Shown piece after piece: positions 1 to 10,868 of a stretch of 64,000 bases of DNA. This DNA comes from an uncultured archaeon (GTDB lineage Archaea > Thermoplasmatota > Penumbrarchaeia > JASLWR01), in contig CAYFHS010000009.1 of NCBI GenBank assembly GCA_964342815.1, positions 64,686 to 128,685 on the forward strand, given 5' to 3'. Both the position numbers and the translations under genes were made by a program. The notes beneath the pieces were generated by a model. That model was not told the origin of the DNA and ran no database searches. It saw only the letters and a list, made by a program, of their open reading frames with translations. Within the stretch, counting starts at the first letter, position 1; each line of letters begins with the position of its first letter.

Positions 1-3000
1 GATAAGACCAAATTCCATTTTGAAAACTCGAGGTAATGTCAATGGGTGCCTCACCATCTATGCTTATTTCGATCTTCGATATGCCCACATCGTCCCCGGC
101 ACTTCCGTTTATCCAAACAGTCTCCCCCAAAAGAACAGGTGCAGGGTCGTCATCATAGACATGCAAACCATATTCAGTAAGTACCAAGCGGTACTCCTTA
201 TCATCATCCTCAAGCTGCCATGAGTTCTTGTATTTGGATAGTTCCGCCTCACTACCCAGCGTAATCCCACCGTAGGTCCCGAATGCATCGATCAATTCGT
301 CCTCCACGGAACCTTTCGATAAATATTCCTCATACGAGAGGGGGATGTTGAACTCGTGGAAGGACACGGAGGGACTTTCGGCATCGATTATAACTGTTAT
401 GGGCTCGGACATAAAATCAAATCCCACCGAATCGACGAGCCTCAGATAGATGGAATGTAGACCGCTTGATAAAGGTAATCGGTCCTGGATCCCCTCTGCT
501 GGATAATAATCGAATTCCCAATAATCATTCTCTTCGTCAAACTGAGAAGTGATATTTATGGGAGGGTTTTGAACATTATCAATATCATCGAATACGATCT
601 CTATAAGGGAAATTTTGAAGTTATCCGATCCCTCTCCCCACAGCGAAATCTTCTCGGTCGAGGAGAATATGGAATTGTTTTCAGGTTGTTTTATCAATCC
701 AACAGGAGCTGTTGCATCCAAATGAAATGTTATTCCCGTGGTGCCTATGTTGGAAACTGCGTCCCTTGCTTGTATACTGATATTATGGGAACCTTCCTCC
801 AACTCCAGTTCCTCGGTATCGAGTTTCATGTGCCACTGATTATTTGAATAATATCGGGATAGATTGATGATTTCTTCCTTATTTCCATCAAGGATGGCTT
901 CCACCACTATTACCCCGCTGCTGTCCACAGCTGTACCAAGGATCAGAATCTCCTCACCCACTGCATAAACCGAGTTGTTCCATGGAGAGCTAATTTCCAC
1001 CATGGGATCGGTGCTTTCAACGAGTAGGATCGAAATCATATCCATAGCCTGGTTCTCGCTCCCGTCCTCAACATTAATGGTAATATCGTAGGTCCCGGGA
1101 AATGTAAAAGCCGTATCCCAAGTATACTCCCAGGTTTCTCCATTGTAATTAGAGGTAATGTCGACGGTGGGATTGTCTTCCACCATGATCTCCACCGAAG
1201 ATAAATGAACATTATCTGAAGCGCTTCCTTCAATGAAGATTTTAGTACCTACTTTGAACTGCGAATTGTTACCAGGAGATGTAATGGACAACTCGGGAGA
1301 CGTCACATCTACAAGCGTTACATTCAACCATGCTGTTATCTGACCGCTGCTATCCGTAGAACGCACGCCAATTCTATGCTGACCCAACCCGGCTCCCTCC
1401 GTGTCCCACGAGTATTCCCATGTAGTCCATGGATCTTCGCTTCCATCAGATGTATCCGTTGCGGCAACCCAATCATCATCGTCGATTTTTATTTCCACAT
1501 TTGTGGTGATGAACGGGCTGGTGGCCGCTCCCTGTATGGTGATTATTTCGTTGAGACCCAGTGTAGACTCATCGGAAGGACTTAGAACATTTAAATCAGG
1601 GCGCCTGAATAATGTTGCTGTAACATTCACTACCTTCAATGTTCCCAAGGAGTCCTCATTCGACAGTATCGCATACCAGTTCTCATCCTTAGGCAGTAGA
1701 TATGAAATTTCATCGAAACTCCCATCATCACTGATCTCGTAAGCATCGAAAGTATCATCAGCACCATATTTGGCAAAATTAGTTCCGTTACACATGAAGA
1801 AATCTATCTCTGAGCCGGATGGATCGCTAACGTAATACACGTCTCTAGTGAACAGGTTCTCCCCTGAGTATATTGCATTGGTAACGTTATAATCAATATC
1901 CATTCTGAATCGACCGGCAGGTGACGGATCGGGAGGCCGGGATACCATTGAAGGAAGGTCAAATGCATTGGGTAATGTGAAAGAGCGGGTATAACTGCCT
2001 CCGATCTGCGCACCGCTTATTACCTGGACAACCCTTTCCCCTCCACCCTGATCCGGCGGGTCCTCTCCTAGTGCTTCGGTTTCTGCAGATGACCAGTAAT
2101 TTCGTACATTCCCCAGTTCAAAGGACGCATACCCTGATGCATTGGTAGTCCCCCATGTGGTCCAGGTCAGCGATTGCGGATCATAATAATTTTCAGTCAA
2201 TACCCATATACCAGCACTATCCACGGGATTACCGTCAGCATCCTGGACAAATGCTGTGTAGTTACATGTTGGAGTATATTTATTCGTAACGGACCATGTA
2301 CGTCCGTCCCCATCCCATGACCACACCGTGGAAAGGTCTTTTCCCCCGCTGTAATCCTTATCGTGACTGAAACAGCGGTCCATATTATTGGCACTATTTG
2401 CATCCCAGTGAACCCATCGTCCATCCCAGAATTCGTTCCAAACATGATCCTCGGCCATATTCGATGTAGGAACATTGGGGATCAGGGCCGCTCTTGCTGC
2501 CGCGCAGGCGATGTCCTGATGCTCACCGCATCTGCCGATGTGTTTTCGGTATATCCGTACCGGCTCGATAGCCCGCTCGTTGTCACTGGTGAAAGCCATA
2601 CTCCCCACCACCCAACCGCTAACTGCACGGGCTGCCCTCCATACGTCGCCCACTCCCGCAAGACGATCCTTCAATAGAGGATATCCACTGTCGTTATGAT
2701 GAAATAAAAATTCCCGCCAAAATACACCTGTTGGGGGCTGCTGGAATTCCTGTGCTGTTCCCTGTACCCCGTCCGGGTTTACGAATGATGGTAACTCATC
2801 GCTAATCTTAGGGTGCACCACATACCAATAATACACTTCCATGGGTAATTGCAGCTGGTGGCCGGTCTTGTTTGTATATATTAACGTGGTATATGCACCT
2901 AATTCTGGATCGTTGATCTCAGTTATGTTAACGTAATCCAGATATTGATCGTTCTCGTAGATGAACTTGGCATTCGTTTTGAACATATCCGGGAACACAC

Positions 3001-3466
3001 GGTTGTTTTGCAACGTCGTCTTTCCTGTATGAGCAATTGCGAAAGCAACCTCGTCGACCTGCAGGGGTTCATTGACACTTTTTATCAGGTTGCCGTAGGT
3101 TGTAGCGTGTGCATTATCAAGCTCTATCAGTTTTCGAGTCAGATTGGCCTTCAACCATTTTGGTACCATTCCGATGGCATCTTTTGCTGCTTGAGGGAGA
3201 CTGTCAAAATCATAATTGATGGATTTCTCTTTCAAGGTTCCTGTAATTTCATCGAAATATACATAATAGGTCTCACCGGCCGGAATCTCAATGGTTTTTG
3301 AAATCTCACCGATGGCCTTCCAATTCGCACTCCGAGTCACATTTGCGTTCCCATCATTTCGGGTATTAAGGGTTTCTCTTTCCGCTGAGGTAAATATGGG
3401 AATTACCGCAGTGAAGAAAAACAACATCACAATGGTCAAAATTAACACTCGTTTACTGGATCTCAT
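1..3466 (-). CDS. Large secreted transglutaminase-like (Cys-His-Asp) domain protein with C-terminal Ig-like repeats; 3' end runs off the window
   Basis: Manual translation from ATG at 3466 (SD GGTGA 4 nt upstream): signal-peptide-like MRSSKRVLILTIVMLFFFTAVIPIF, then HIGRCGEHQD...DHVWNEFWDGRWVHWD (Cys codon 2528-2530, His 2444-2446, Asp 2402-2404), then Ig-like units such as VWINGSAGDDVGISKIEISIDG. The stretches I translated are open in one frame down to position 2. It is probably missing from the ORF track because its stop lies outside the window. Confidence 0.85.
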   Translation of the reverse strand, partial: MRSSKRVLILTIVMLFFFTAVIPIFTSAERETLNTRNDGNANVTRSANWKAIGEISKTIEIPAGETYYVYFDEITGTLKEKSINYDFDSLPQAAKDAIGMVPKWLKANLTRKLIELDNAHATTYGNLIKSVNEPLQVDEVAFAIAHTGKTTLQNNRVFPDMFKTNAKFIYENDQYLDYVNITEINDPELGAYTTLIYTNKTGHQLQLPMEVYYWYVVHPKISDELPSFVNPDGVQGTAQEFQQPPTGVFWREFLFHHNDSGYPLLKDRLAGVGDVWRAARAVSGWVVGSMAFTSDNERAIEPVRIYRKHIGRCGEHQDIACAAARAALIPNVPTSNMAEDHVWNEFWDGRWVHWDANSANNMDRCFSHDKDYSGGKDLSTVWSWDGDGRTWSVTNKYTPTCNYTAFVQDADGNPVDSAGIWVLTENYYDPQSLTWTTWGTTNASGYASFELGNVRNYWSSAETEALGEDPPDQGGGERVVQVISGAQIGGSYTRSFTLPNAFDLPSMVSRPPDPSPAGRFRMDIDYNVTNAIYSGENLFTRDVYYVSDPSGSEIDFFMCNGTNFAKYGADDTFDAYEISDDGSFDEISYLLPKDENWYAILSNEDSLGTLKVVNVTATLFRRPDLNVLSPSDESTLGLNEIITIQGAATSPFITTNVEIKIDDDDWVAATDTSDGSEDPWTTWEYSWDTEGAGLGQHRIGVRSTDSSGQITAWLNVTLVDVTSPELSITSPGNNSQFKVGTKIFIEGSASDNVHLSSVEIMVEDNPTVDITSNYNGETWEYTWDTAFTFPGTYDITINVEDGSENQAMDMISILLVESTDPMVEISSPWNNSVYAVGEEILILGTAVDSSGVIVVEAILDGNKEEIINLSRYYSNNQWHMKLDTEELELEEGSHNISIQARDAVSNIGTTGITFHLDATAPVGLIKQPENNSIFSSTEKISLWGEGSDNFKISLIEIVFDDIDNVQNPPINITSQFDEENDYWEFDYYPAEGIQDRLPLSSGLHSIYLRLVDSVGFDFMSEPITVIIDAESPSVSFHEFNIPLSYEEYLSKGSVEDELIDAFGTYGGITLGSEAELSKYKNSWQLEDDDKEYRLVLTEYGLHVYDDDPAPVLLGETVWINGSAGDDVGISKIEISIDGEAPIDITSSFQNGIWSY

Positions 3467-3620
3467 TGATTCACCTTGAGAAATATTCCATCTTCTACGA
3501 TAGGTTGAACTTAAACGCACTATCATAAACTAAAGTATATATAACATTTCTGATATGATATTTTTTCCTTTATTTCTTCATTCATAATTCATATAAATCA
3601 CATAAAAAAAGTATGATTAC

Positions 3621-3640
3621 GAAACTAATATATAGATTGA
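3621..3640 (+). promoter_or_regulatory. Possible archaeal BRE/TATA promoter for the 16S rRNA gene
   Basis: GAAAC-TAATATATAG AT-rich element ~260 bp upstream of the 16S start, followed by a hairpin-rich leader. Confidence 0.35.
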
Positions 3641-3891
3641 ATATAATCCCCGGGTTTACGCTCTGGGGTTATCCCCAGGGTACTCGTAATTAAACCGGTG
3701 CAGCGCGAGAGCAACTCGATTTTGAGGCAATGATCGCAAGCTGTTTCATATTACGGGAAACATTTATGGAGATACAAGAAACCCGGAAACCTTCCGTGAA
3801 CTCTTGTGTCAGACACTTGCCAGGTAAGATGAGATTTGGTTGTCCGCCAAATCAGAAGGTGGAAAAGTTACGTTTTGTGACCACATGAGAA

Positions 3892-5359
<1,468 letters not shown>

Positions 5360-5362
5360 ATG

Positions 5363-5398
5363 AAAAAAAGGGGGGAATTTTTTCCCCCCGCCTTTTTT
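5363..5398 (+). terminator. GC hairpin plus T-tract directly after the 16S 3' end
   Basis: A7-GGGGGGAA-TTTT-TTCCCCCC-GCC-T6. Confidence 0.6.
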
Positions 5399-5611
5399 CT
5401 GTGTGCAAGATATTCCCGATATATCACCTTCCGGCGGGAACCGAACATCTTTTTCTTGGCAGGTGTATTTTTTTATTTCAACAGTCTAGCTCTGCTTCTA
5501 TTCAGGAGTAGAAAAAGGCCAAAACTGATAAAAATAACTTCTCACATCTCCACCATAAGCACTATTGGAAAGTACTTTTATTGAGTAGCGTTTCTATGGG
5601 AAGTGAATAAC

Positions 5612-6820
5612 ATGTCGTTTAATAATTCTTACATACCGTATGGTGGTTACTGGAGCACTCCGTTCTGTCGATGGCAGGGCAGTTTTTCCAACCTTCACGC
5701 GATCAAATTCGCTGCGGAAACCGGAAAAAGGTTCCTTGACGAAAATAAAATAGATCCCGTGATCTTCGACGAGCTTATCCTGGGAACCACCGTCCCACAG
5801 CTCTCGGCATTCTACGGCGGCCCCTGGCTGGCAGGGATGATGGGAGCTGGACACATCACCGGTCCAATGATCAGCCAAGCTTGTGCCACCGGGGCAAAGT
5901 GCGTAACGCTGGCGGCCCAGGCCGTAGAAACAGGAGTTCACAAAAACGTCATCATGATTTGCGCCGACCGGTGTTCCAATGGTCCACATCTCGTTTACCC
6001 CAACCCCCAGGCGCCTGGCGGTACTCTGGATAAAGAGAGCTGGGTAATGGACAATTTTGGTAACGACCCTTATGCCAGAAACGCAATGATCGAGACCGCG
6101 GAGAACGTCGCCAAGGAAGCAGGTATAAGCAAGGATGAACAGGAAGAGATCACTGTTATGCGATACGATCAGTACCGGGATTCCCTTAAGAACGACCGTG
6201 AGTTTCAAAAGAAATATATGATGGTACCCATTGAAGTAAAGGATAAACGAGGAAGGAAAATATTAGCGACAGTGGAAGGGGATGAGGGTATATTCCCCAC
6301 GTCACTGGAAGGACTGAAAAAACTCAGGCCCGTCATGCCCGGCGGGACGGTTTCCTTCGGTACGCAGACCTTCCCGGCCGATGGAAACTGCGGAATGATA
6401 GTCACCACGAAAGATCGGGCCGCGGAATTGAGTAGCCGTGAAGATATCGAAATACGCGTTATTTCCTTCGGTGGAGGAAGGGCTGAAAAGGGATTCATGG
6501 CAAAAGCTATCTTGCCCGCAGCCAAAAAGGCTCTCACGGAAGCGGACATTTCCATTTCAGACCTAGCGGCCATAAAGACCCACAATCCCTTCGCGGTCAA
6601 CGATGTATATTTCTGCAATGAAATGGATATCGATTGGAAGGACATGAATAATTACGGCAGTTCACTAATATACGGTCATCCACAGGGGCCCACGGGCGCA
6701 CGGCTGATAATCGAACTGATAGAGGAACTGGTAATAAAAGGCGGCGGTTACGGTTTGTTCGATGGGTGCGCTGCAGGGGATACAGCTGCCGCGATTGTGA
6801 TCAAAGTTGACAAGGCGTGA
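5612..6820 (+). CDS. Thiolase (acetyl-CoA C-acyltransferase family)
   Basis: SQACATG nucleophile Cys, KTHNPF, YGHPQGPTG, DGCAAG; ATG at 5612 preferred over GTG 5603. Confidence 0.92.
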   Translation: MSFNNSYIPYGGYWSTPFCRWQGSFSNLHAIKFAAETGKRFLDENKIDPVIFDELILGTTVPQLSAFYGGPWLAGMMGAGHITGPMISQACATGAKCVTLAAQAVETGVHKNVIMICADRCSNGPHLVYPNPQAPGGTLDKESWVMDNFGNDPYARNAMIETAENVAKEAGISKDEQEEITVMRYDQYRDSLKNDREFQKKYMMVPIEVKDKRGRKILATVEGDEGIFPTSLEGLKKLRPVMPGGTVSFGTQTFPADGNCGMIVTTKDRAAELSSREDIEIRVISFGGGRAEKGFMAKAILPAAKKALTEADISISDLAAIKTHNPFAVNDVYFCNEMDIDWKDMNNYGSSLIYGHPQGPTGARLIIELIEELVIKGGGYGLFDGCAAGDTAAAIVIKVDKA

Positions 6821-6858
6821 ACTATATTTACGAATGAAATAGGTAGAAAGTGGTCATC

Positions 6859-8892
6859 ATGAGTATCAAAAAGGTTGGAATAATCGGAGCAGGGAACATG
6901 GGCAGCGGCATTGTCCAGAAGATAGCCCAGGAGGGTATTGAGGTGGTTATGATTGACATGGAAGATCGCTTCGTGGAAAGGGGAATGGAGAACATCCGGG
7001 TTACTTTGGCTGAAGCGGTCAGTCGAAGGATTTTCACCTCAGACATGATAGAATCGATCATGGAGCGGATAACGGGAACCACTGATCTAAATTGCGTCAA
7101 GGACGCGGATCTGGTCATCGAAGCTATATTCGAGGATTTCAACGTCAAACGGGAATTGTTCGAGAGATTGGACCCCATCTGTGATGAAAAAACGATACTG
7201 GCATCAAATACTTCATCCTTTTCAATAAGCGAAATGTCAGATTCACTAAATAGAAAGGATCGGTTCCTTGGACTGCATTTCTTCTACCATCCCGCGAAAA
7301 ACCGTCTTCTGGAGGTTATACCCGGGATAAAAACCAGTTCGCAGACCATCGAACGGGGAAATTTGTTTTCTATCCTAATAGGTAAAACCGGTATTAATGT
7401 GGCTGACGCGCCCGGATTCGCCGTCAACAGATTCTTTGTGCCATGGTTAAATGAAGCCACCCGTCTGCTTGAAGAAGGTATCTCAATACCCACCATAGAC
7501 GAAACGGCCAAAAAGGTCTTCAAGATCGGAATGGGGCCGTTCCTATTGATGAATGTTACAGGAGTACCCATTGCATATCATTCTACAGTGAGTCTCGGGA
7601 ATAAGTTGGGGGATTTCTACGGTCCAAGCGAATGCCTAAAGCAGCAGTTCGAAAAGGGAGAGGATTGGATCCTTGAGGGAGTGGTGGATCGCTCACATGA
7701 AATAATAGTTGAAGAACGTCTGCTGGGCGCAGTTTTTACGGTGGCAGGACATCTGGTGGATGAAGGAGTGGCATCCATGGAGGACACCGATCGGGGAGCG
7801 AAGATAGGACTCAGGTGGAGCAGGGGGCCCTTCGAAATGATGAATCGTTACGGTCTTGAGAACTCATTTCAGATAGTTGAGCGGTTCGTGAAAGGGCACG
7901 GCCTGACTACACCGAAGATATTGAACAGGCAAATGAAGACCGGCGAGGGTTGGAATTTCAGCCTTGTGGACCTTGTGATAAAGAATGAGATTGCACGTAT
8001 CATCATCAATAGGCCCGAGGCCATGAACGCAATAAATGAATCGGTGGTCCGTCAGCTTGACGAGCAGTTCATCAAGGCTGAGAAAACGCCCGGTGTGAAG
8101 GCCATAGTCCTCGAAGGTGCCGGAAAAGCATTCGTCGCCGGGGCGGACATACAGTACTTTCTAAAAAAGATCGATGAGGGAAAGATAAACGATATCGTCA
8201 ATTTCACCAGATACGGTCACGAGGTACTTGGGAGAATAGACAATTCAGATAAACTGGTGATAGCTAAACTGGACGGGCTTGCTCTTGGGGGAGGTGTTGA
8301 GCTTGCTTTGGCCGCAGACACCATAGTGGCAACCGACAAGGGAACCATGGGTCTGCCGGAAACGGGTATTGGAATATACCCCGGCCTGGGAGGTACACAG
8401 CGGACAAGCCGCTATATCGGGAAGGAATTTACGAAATACCTTGTACTCACCGGAAAGACCCTTGATGCAGGAACCGCACTGAAAATCGGTCTCGTGGAAT
8501 ATGTATTCTCGGCAGGCGAAGTGGACGAAAAGATACGCGTAATGGTGAAACGAGGCGGGATCAGGACCAAAGATAATCGGGGTGAGATCCAGCTTCCACC
8601 TGAACTTGAACAGATAAAGGGCTATTTCACGGAAGAATATTTGGAAAAGATGCTCACAAAGGATGAAGGACTTGATGAATTGGGTGCTAGGATCGCCAAG
8701 ACCATTGGCTACAAGGCGCCCATTGCCATAAAGCTCGCGAATAAGATTATCGACGAAGGAAGCAGGGTCAGTTTGAAAGAGGGCCTGGAGATGGAACTTC
8801 AGCATCTCCCGGTGATTTTTGCCACCAAGGATGCCTACGAGGGTTTGAATTCAGTGATAAAGAGAAAAAGACCGGTCTACACGGGGGATTGA
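6859..8892 (+). CDS. 3-hydroxyacyl-CoA dehydrogenase / enoyl-CoA hydratase fusion (HAD N-terminal, ECH C-terminal)
   Basis: GAGNMG Rossmann motif, EAIFED, SNTSS, HFF; C-terminal INRPEAMNA, AFVAGAD, ALGGGVELALA, LPETGIGIYPGLGGTQR. Confidence 0.93.
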   Translation: MSIKKVGIIGAGNMGSGIVQKIAQEGIEVVMIDMEDRFVERGMENIRVTLAEAVSRRIFTSDMIESIMERITGTTDLNCVKDADLVIEAIFEDFNVKRELFERLDPICDEKTILASNTSSFSISEMSDSLNRKDRFLGLHFFYHPAKNRLLEVIPGIKTSSQTIERGNLFSILIGKTGINVADAPGFAVNRFFVPWLNEATRLLEEGISIPTIDETAKKVFKIGMGPFLLMNVTGVPIAYHSTVSLGNKLGDFYGPSECLKQQFEKGEDWILEGVVDRSHEIIVEERLLGAVFTVAGHLVDEGVASMEDTDRGAKIGLRWSRGPFEMMNRYGLENSFQIVERFVKGHGLTTPKILNRQMKTGEGWNFSLVDLVIKNEIARIIINRPEAMNAINESVVRQLDEQFIKAEKTPGVKAIVLEGAGKAFVAGADIQYFLKKIDEGKINDIVNFTRYGHEVLGRIDNSDKLVIAKLDGLALGGGVELALAADTIVATDKGTMGLPETGIGIYPGLGGTQRTSRYIGKEFTKYLVLTGKTLDAGTALKIGLVEYVFSAGEVDEKIRVMVKRGGIRTKDNRGEIQLPPELEQIKGYFTEEYLEKMLTKDEGLDELGARIAKTIGYKAPIAIKLANKIIDEGSRVSLKEGLEMELQHLPVIFATKDAYEGLNSVIKRKRPVYTGD

Positions 8893-8929
8893 GTGGATTT
8901 GTGAGTAGTTTAGGGATTTTTATAAGGGT

Positions 8930-9389
8930 GGATAATGAACATTTGTTAGGATGAATAGTGGACTTTTCTTAGGGTGCATAGTGGACTTTTTTCAAGGTGA
9001 ATAGTGGACTTTTTTCAAGGTGAATAGTGGACTTTTCTTAGGGTGCATAGTGGACTTTTGTCAGCGCGGATAATGAACATTTGTCGGTAATGAGATTGAA
9101 CAATCGTCGGTAATGAGATTGAACATTTGTCGGTGGTGAGATTGAACATTTGTCGGTGTTGAGATTGAACATTCGTCGGTAATGAGATTGAACATTTGTC
9201 GGTAATGAGATCGAACATTTGTCGGTAATGAGATTGAACATTTGTCGGTGTTGAGATTGAACATTTGTCGGGGATGAGATTGAACATTTGTCGGTAATGA
9301 TATTGAACATTTGTCGGGGATGAGATTGAACATTTGTCGGGGATGAGATTGAACATTTGTCGGTGATGATATTGAACATTTATCAGTCC
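8930..9389. repeat. Intergenic 23-bp tandem array, 20 units in exact phase, two subtypes
   Basis: 460 bp = 20 x 23. One lead unit GGATAATGAACATTTGTTAGGAT, five units like GAATAGTGGACTTTTYTYARGGT, then 14 units like TGAGATTGAACATTTGTCGGTAA; no unique spacers. Confidence 0.95.
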
Positions 9390-9685
9390 AGTTATCGCAT
9401 TGGAGGATGAGCAGGATGCCCCCGAGTTTTGGGACCTTGGTGTACTTCATAGCACACCTGGCATGACAGGGCGTTACCTGTCATATTAACCAAAACTTTT
9501 TGTGTAGTGGCGTACAATATATTCGCTTGAAGATACAGAAATTTTTGCAGGGCAAAGGTTTCACTAAGAGCCAGCACAGTCACTTATCAAAAAGTTTCAG
9601 GTGGACATTTGTTAGCAAGAATACATGCCGATAATTGTTCATATGATGACATACCAAGATGATATGCCCAAGCGTCCATTACTCC

Positions 9686-10546
9686 CTAGTCATCTTTCCC
9701 GAAACGTTTCGTGTAGCCATGGCAATAAGGCTGCGTTCCCTTTTTCTGATAATATTCCTGGTGATAATCTTCAGCCTTCCAAAATTTATCGGCTTTAATT
9801 AACTTGGTGACAACGGGAAATCCTTTCTCTTCGAGAATTTTTATTAATTTTTCAGCCATGTTCCTCTGCTCGTCATCCGTATAAAAAATGACTGAACGGT
9901 ACTGCTCTCCCACGTCAGGTCCCTGTCGATCGATCTGTGTCGGATCGTGTATCTCAAAAAACAGTTTGGCAAGGTCTTCATACGAGACCACTGATGGATC
10001 GAACATTATTTCCACGGCTTCGATATGACCGGTCATCCCTTTGCAAACTTCAGAATAACTCGGATATTCCTTGTGTCCCCCGGCATACCCTACGGTGGTT
10101 TTCAACACCCCCGTTTGTTTTTGCATGTAATATTCAACACCCCAGAAACAACCCCCTGCGAATATCGCTCGACGGGATTCAGCTGAATCATCGGGTTCAA
10201 ATTTCAATGAAATGGAATTGACGCAGTGACGAACGTTTCTCGGGGTAAGACCCTCTTCCGCGAAAACATGTCCAAGATGTCCACCGCAGTTAGCGCATAC
10301 TATCTCGGTCCGCATACCATCGGGATCTGGGATCCGTTCCACGGCACCCTCAATCTCCCCGTCGAAACTGGGCCAACCGCATTTTGAATCAAACTTGTTA
10401 TCGGATAGATATAATGGAGATCCGCACTGCCTGCACAGGTATTTCCCTTTTCGAAAATTACTACAATAAGTACCTGAAAAGGGTCTTTCGGTCCCTTTGT
10501 GGATTATAACTGATTCTTCCTCTGCTGTCAATCGGTTCAATTTCAT
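9686..10546 (-). CDS. msrAB: Bifunctional peptide methionine sulfoxide reductase (MsrB-MsrA fusion)
   Basis: MsrB: GTERPF, CRQC, CGWPSF, CANCGGHLGHVF, RHCVNS; MsrA: FAGGCFWGVE, HDPT, QYRS, AEDYHQEY. Confidence 0.96.
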   Translation of the reverse strand: MKLNRLTAEEESVIIHKGTERPFSGTYCSNFRKGKYLCRQCGSPLYLSDNKFDSKCGWPSFDGEIEGAVERIPDPDGMRTEIVCANCGGHLGHVFAEEGLTPRNVRHCVNSISLKFEPDDSAESRRAIFAGGCFWGVEYYMQKQTGVLKTTVGYAGGHKEYPSYSEVCKGMTGHIEAVEIMFDPSVVSYEDLAKLFFEIHDPTQIDRQGPDVGEQYRSVIFYTDDEQRNMAEKLIKILEEKGFPVVTKLIKADKFWKAEDYHQEYYQKKGTQPYCHGYTKRFGKDD

Positions 10547-10868
10547 GGTCGATCTCTCGCTTATAAGTATGATAGAAATAAATTAAATCTTTTCATCCGG
10601 GGACCAAACTTATACCCGTTTAACCATGAATGTCGTTACTCATTCATGGTAAAGCCAATCCATGAATTCAGAATGTGTATTTATAATTTCTTTGCACACC
10701 CATCGTTTTGAGGTGTCAATACAGTTTTATCTGGATAATGCTACTCATTTTTTTTACTCATCATGGATCCATATCGAAAAATCCAATATTCCTGCCCAAT
10801 AAAAATTAAACTTAATATTATAGAAAGGAAAACCTGTTTAGGTTTTTGCAATCTTTTTCAACGCGGAT

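Noticed and set aside
20-3301. Short ORFs listed in 20-3301 and the many other antisense or alternate-frame ORFs within long genes
   Set aside because: Shadow ORFs of well-supported genes, with no motifs or SD support
5360-5600. Linked rRNA operon (tRNA-Ala, 23S) or tRNA genes
   Set aside because: No T-loop or cloverleaf signature or 23S start seen here, and none noticed elsewhere in the window
8930-9389. CRISPR array
   Set aside because: The units are contiguous with no unique spacers, and I recognised no cas genes in the window
8930-9389. Replication origin (ORB array)
   Set aside because: No GTTCCAGTGGAAAC/G-string ORB match and no orc1/cdc6 gene nearby
9015-9450. Three overlapping minus-strand ORFs with 23-aa periodicity
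   Set aside because: They arise because the reverse complement of the 23-bp unit has no stop triplet. All three frames give the same permuted peptide, and there is no SD or other coding support.
9686-10546. Selenoprotein forms of MsrA/MsrB
   Set aside because: The catalytic positions are Cys and there is no in-frame TGA
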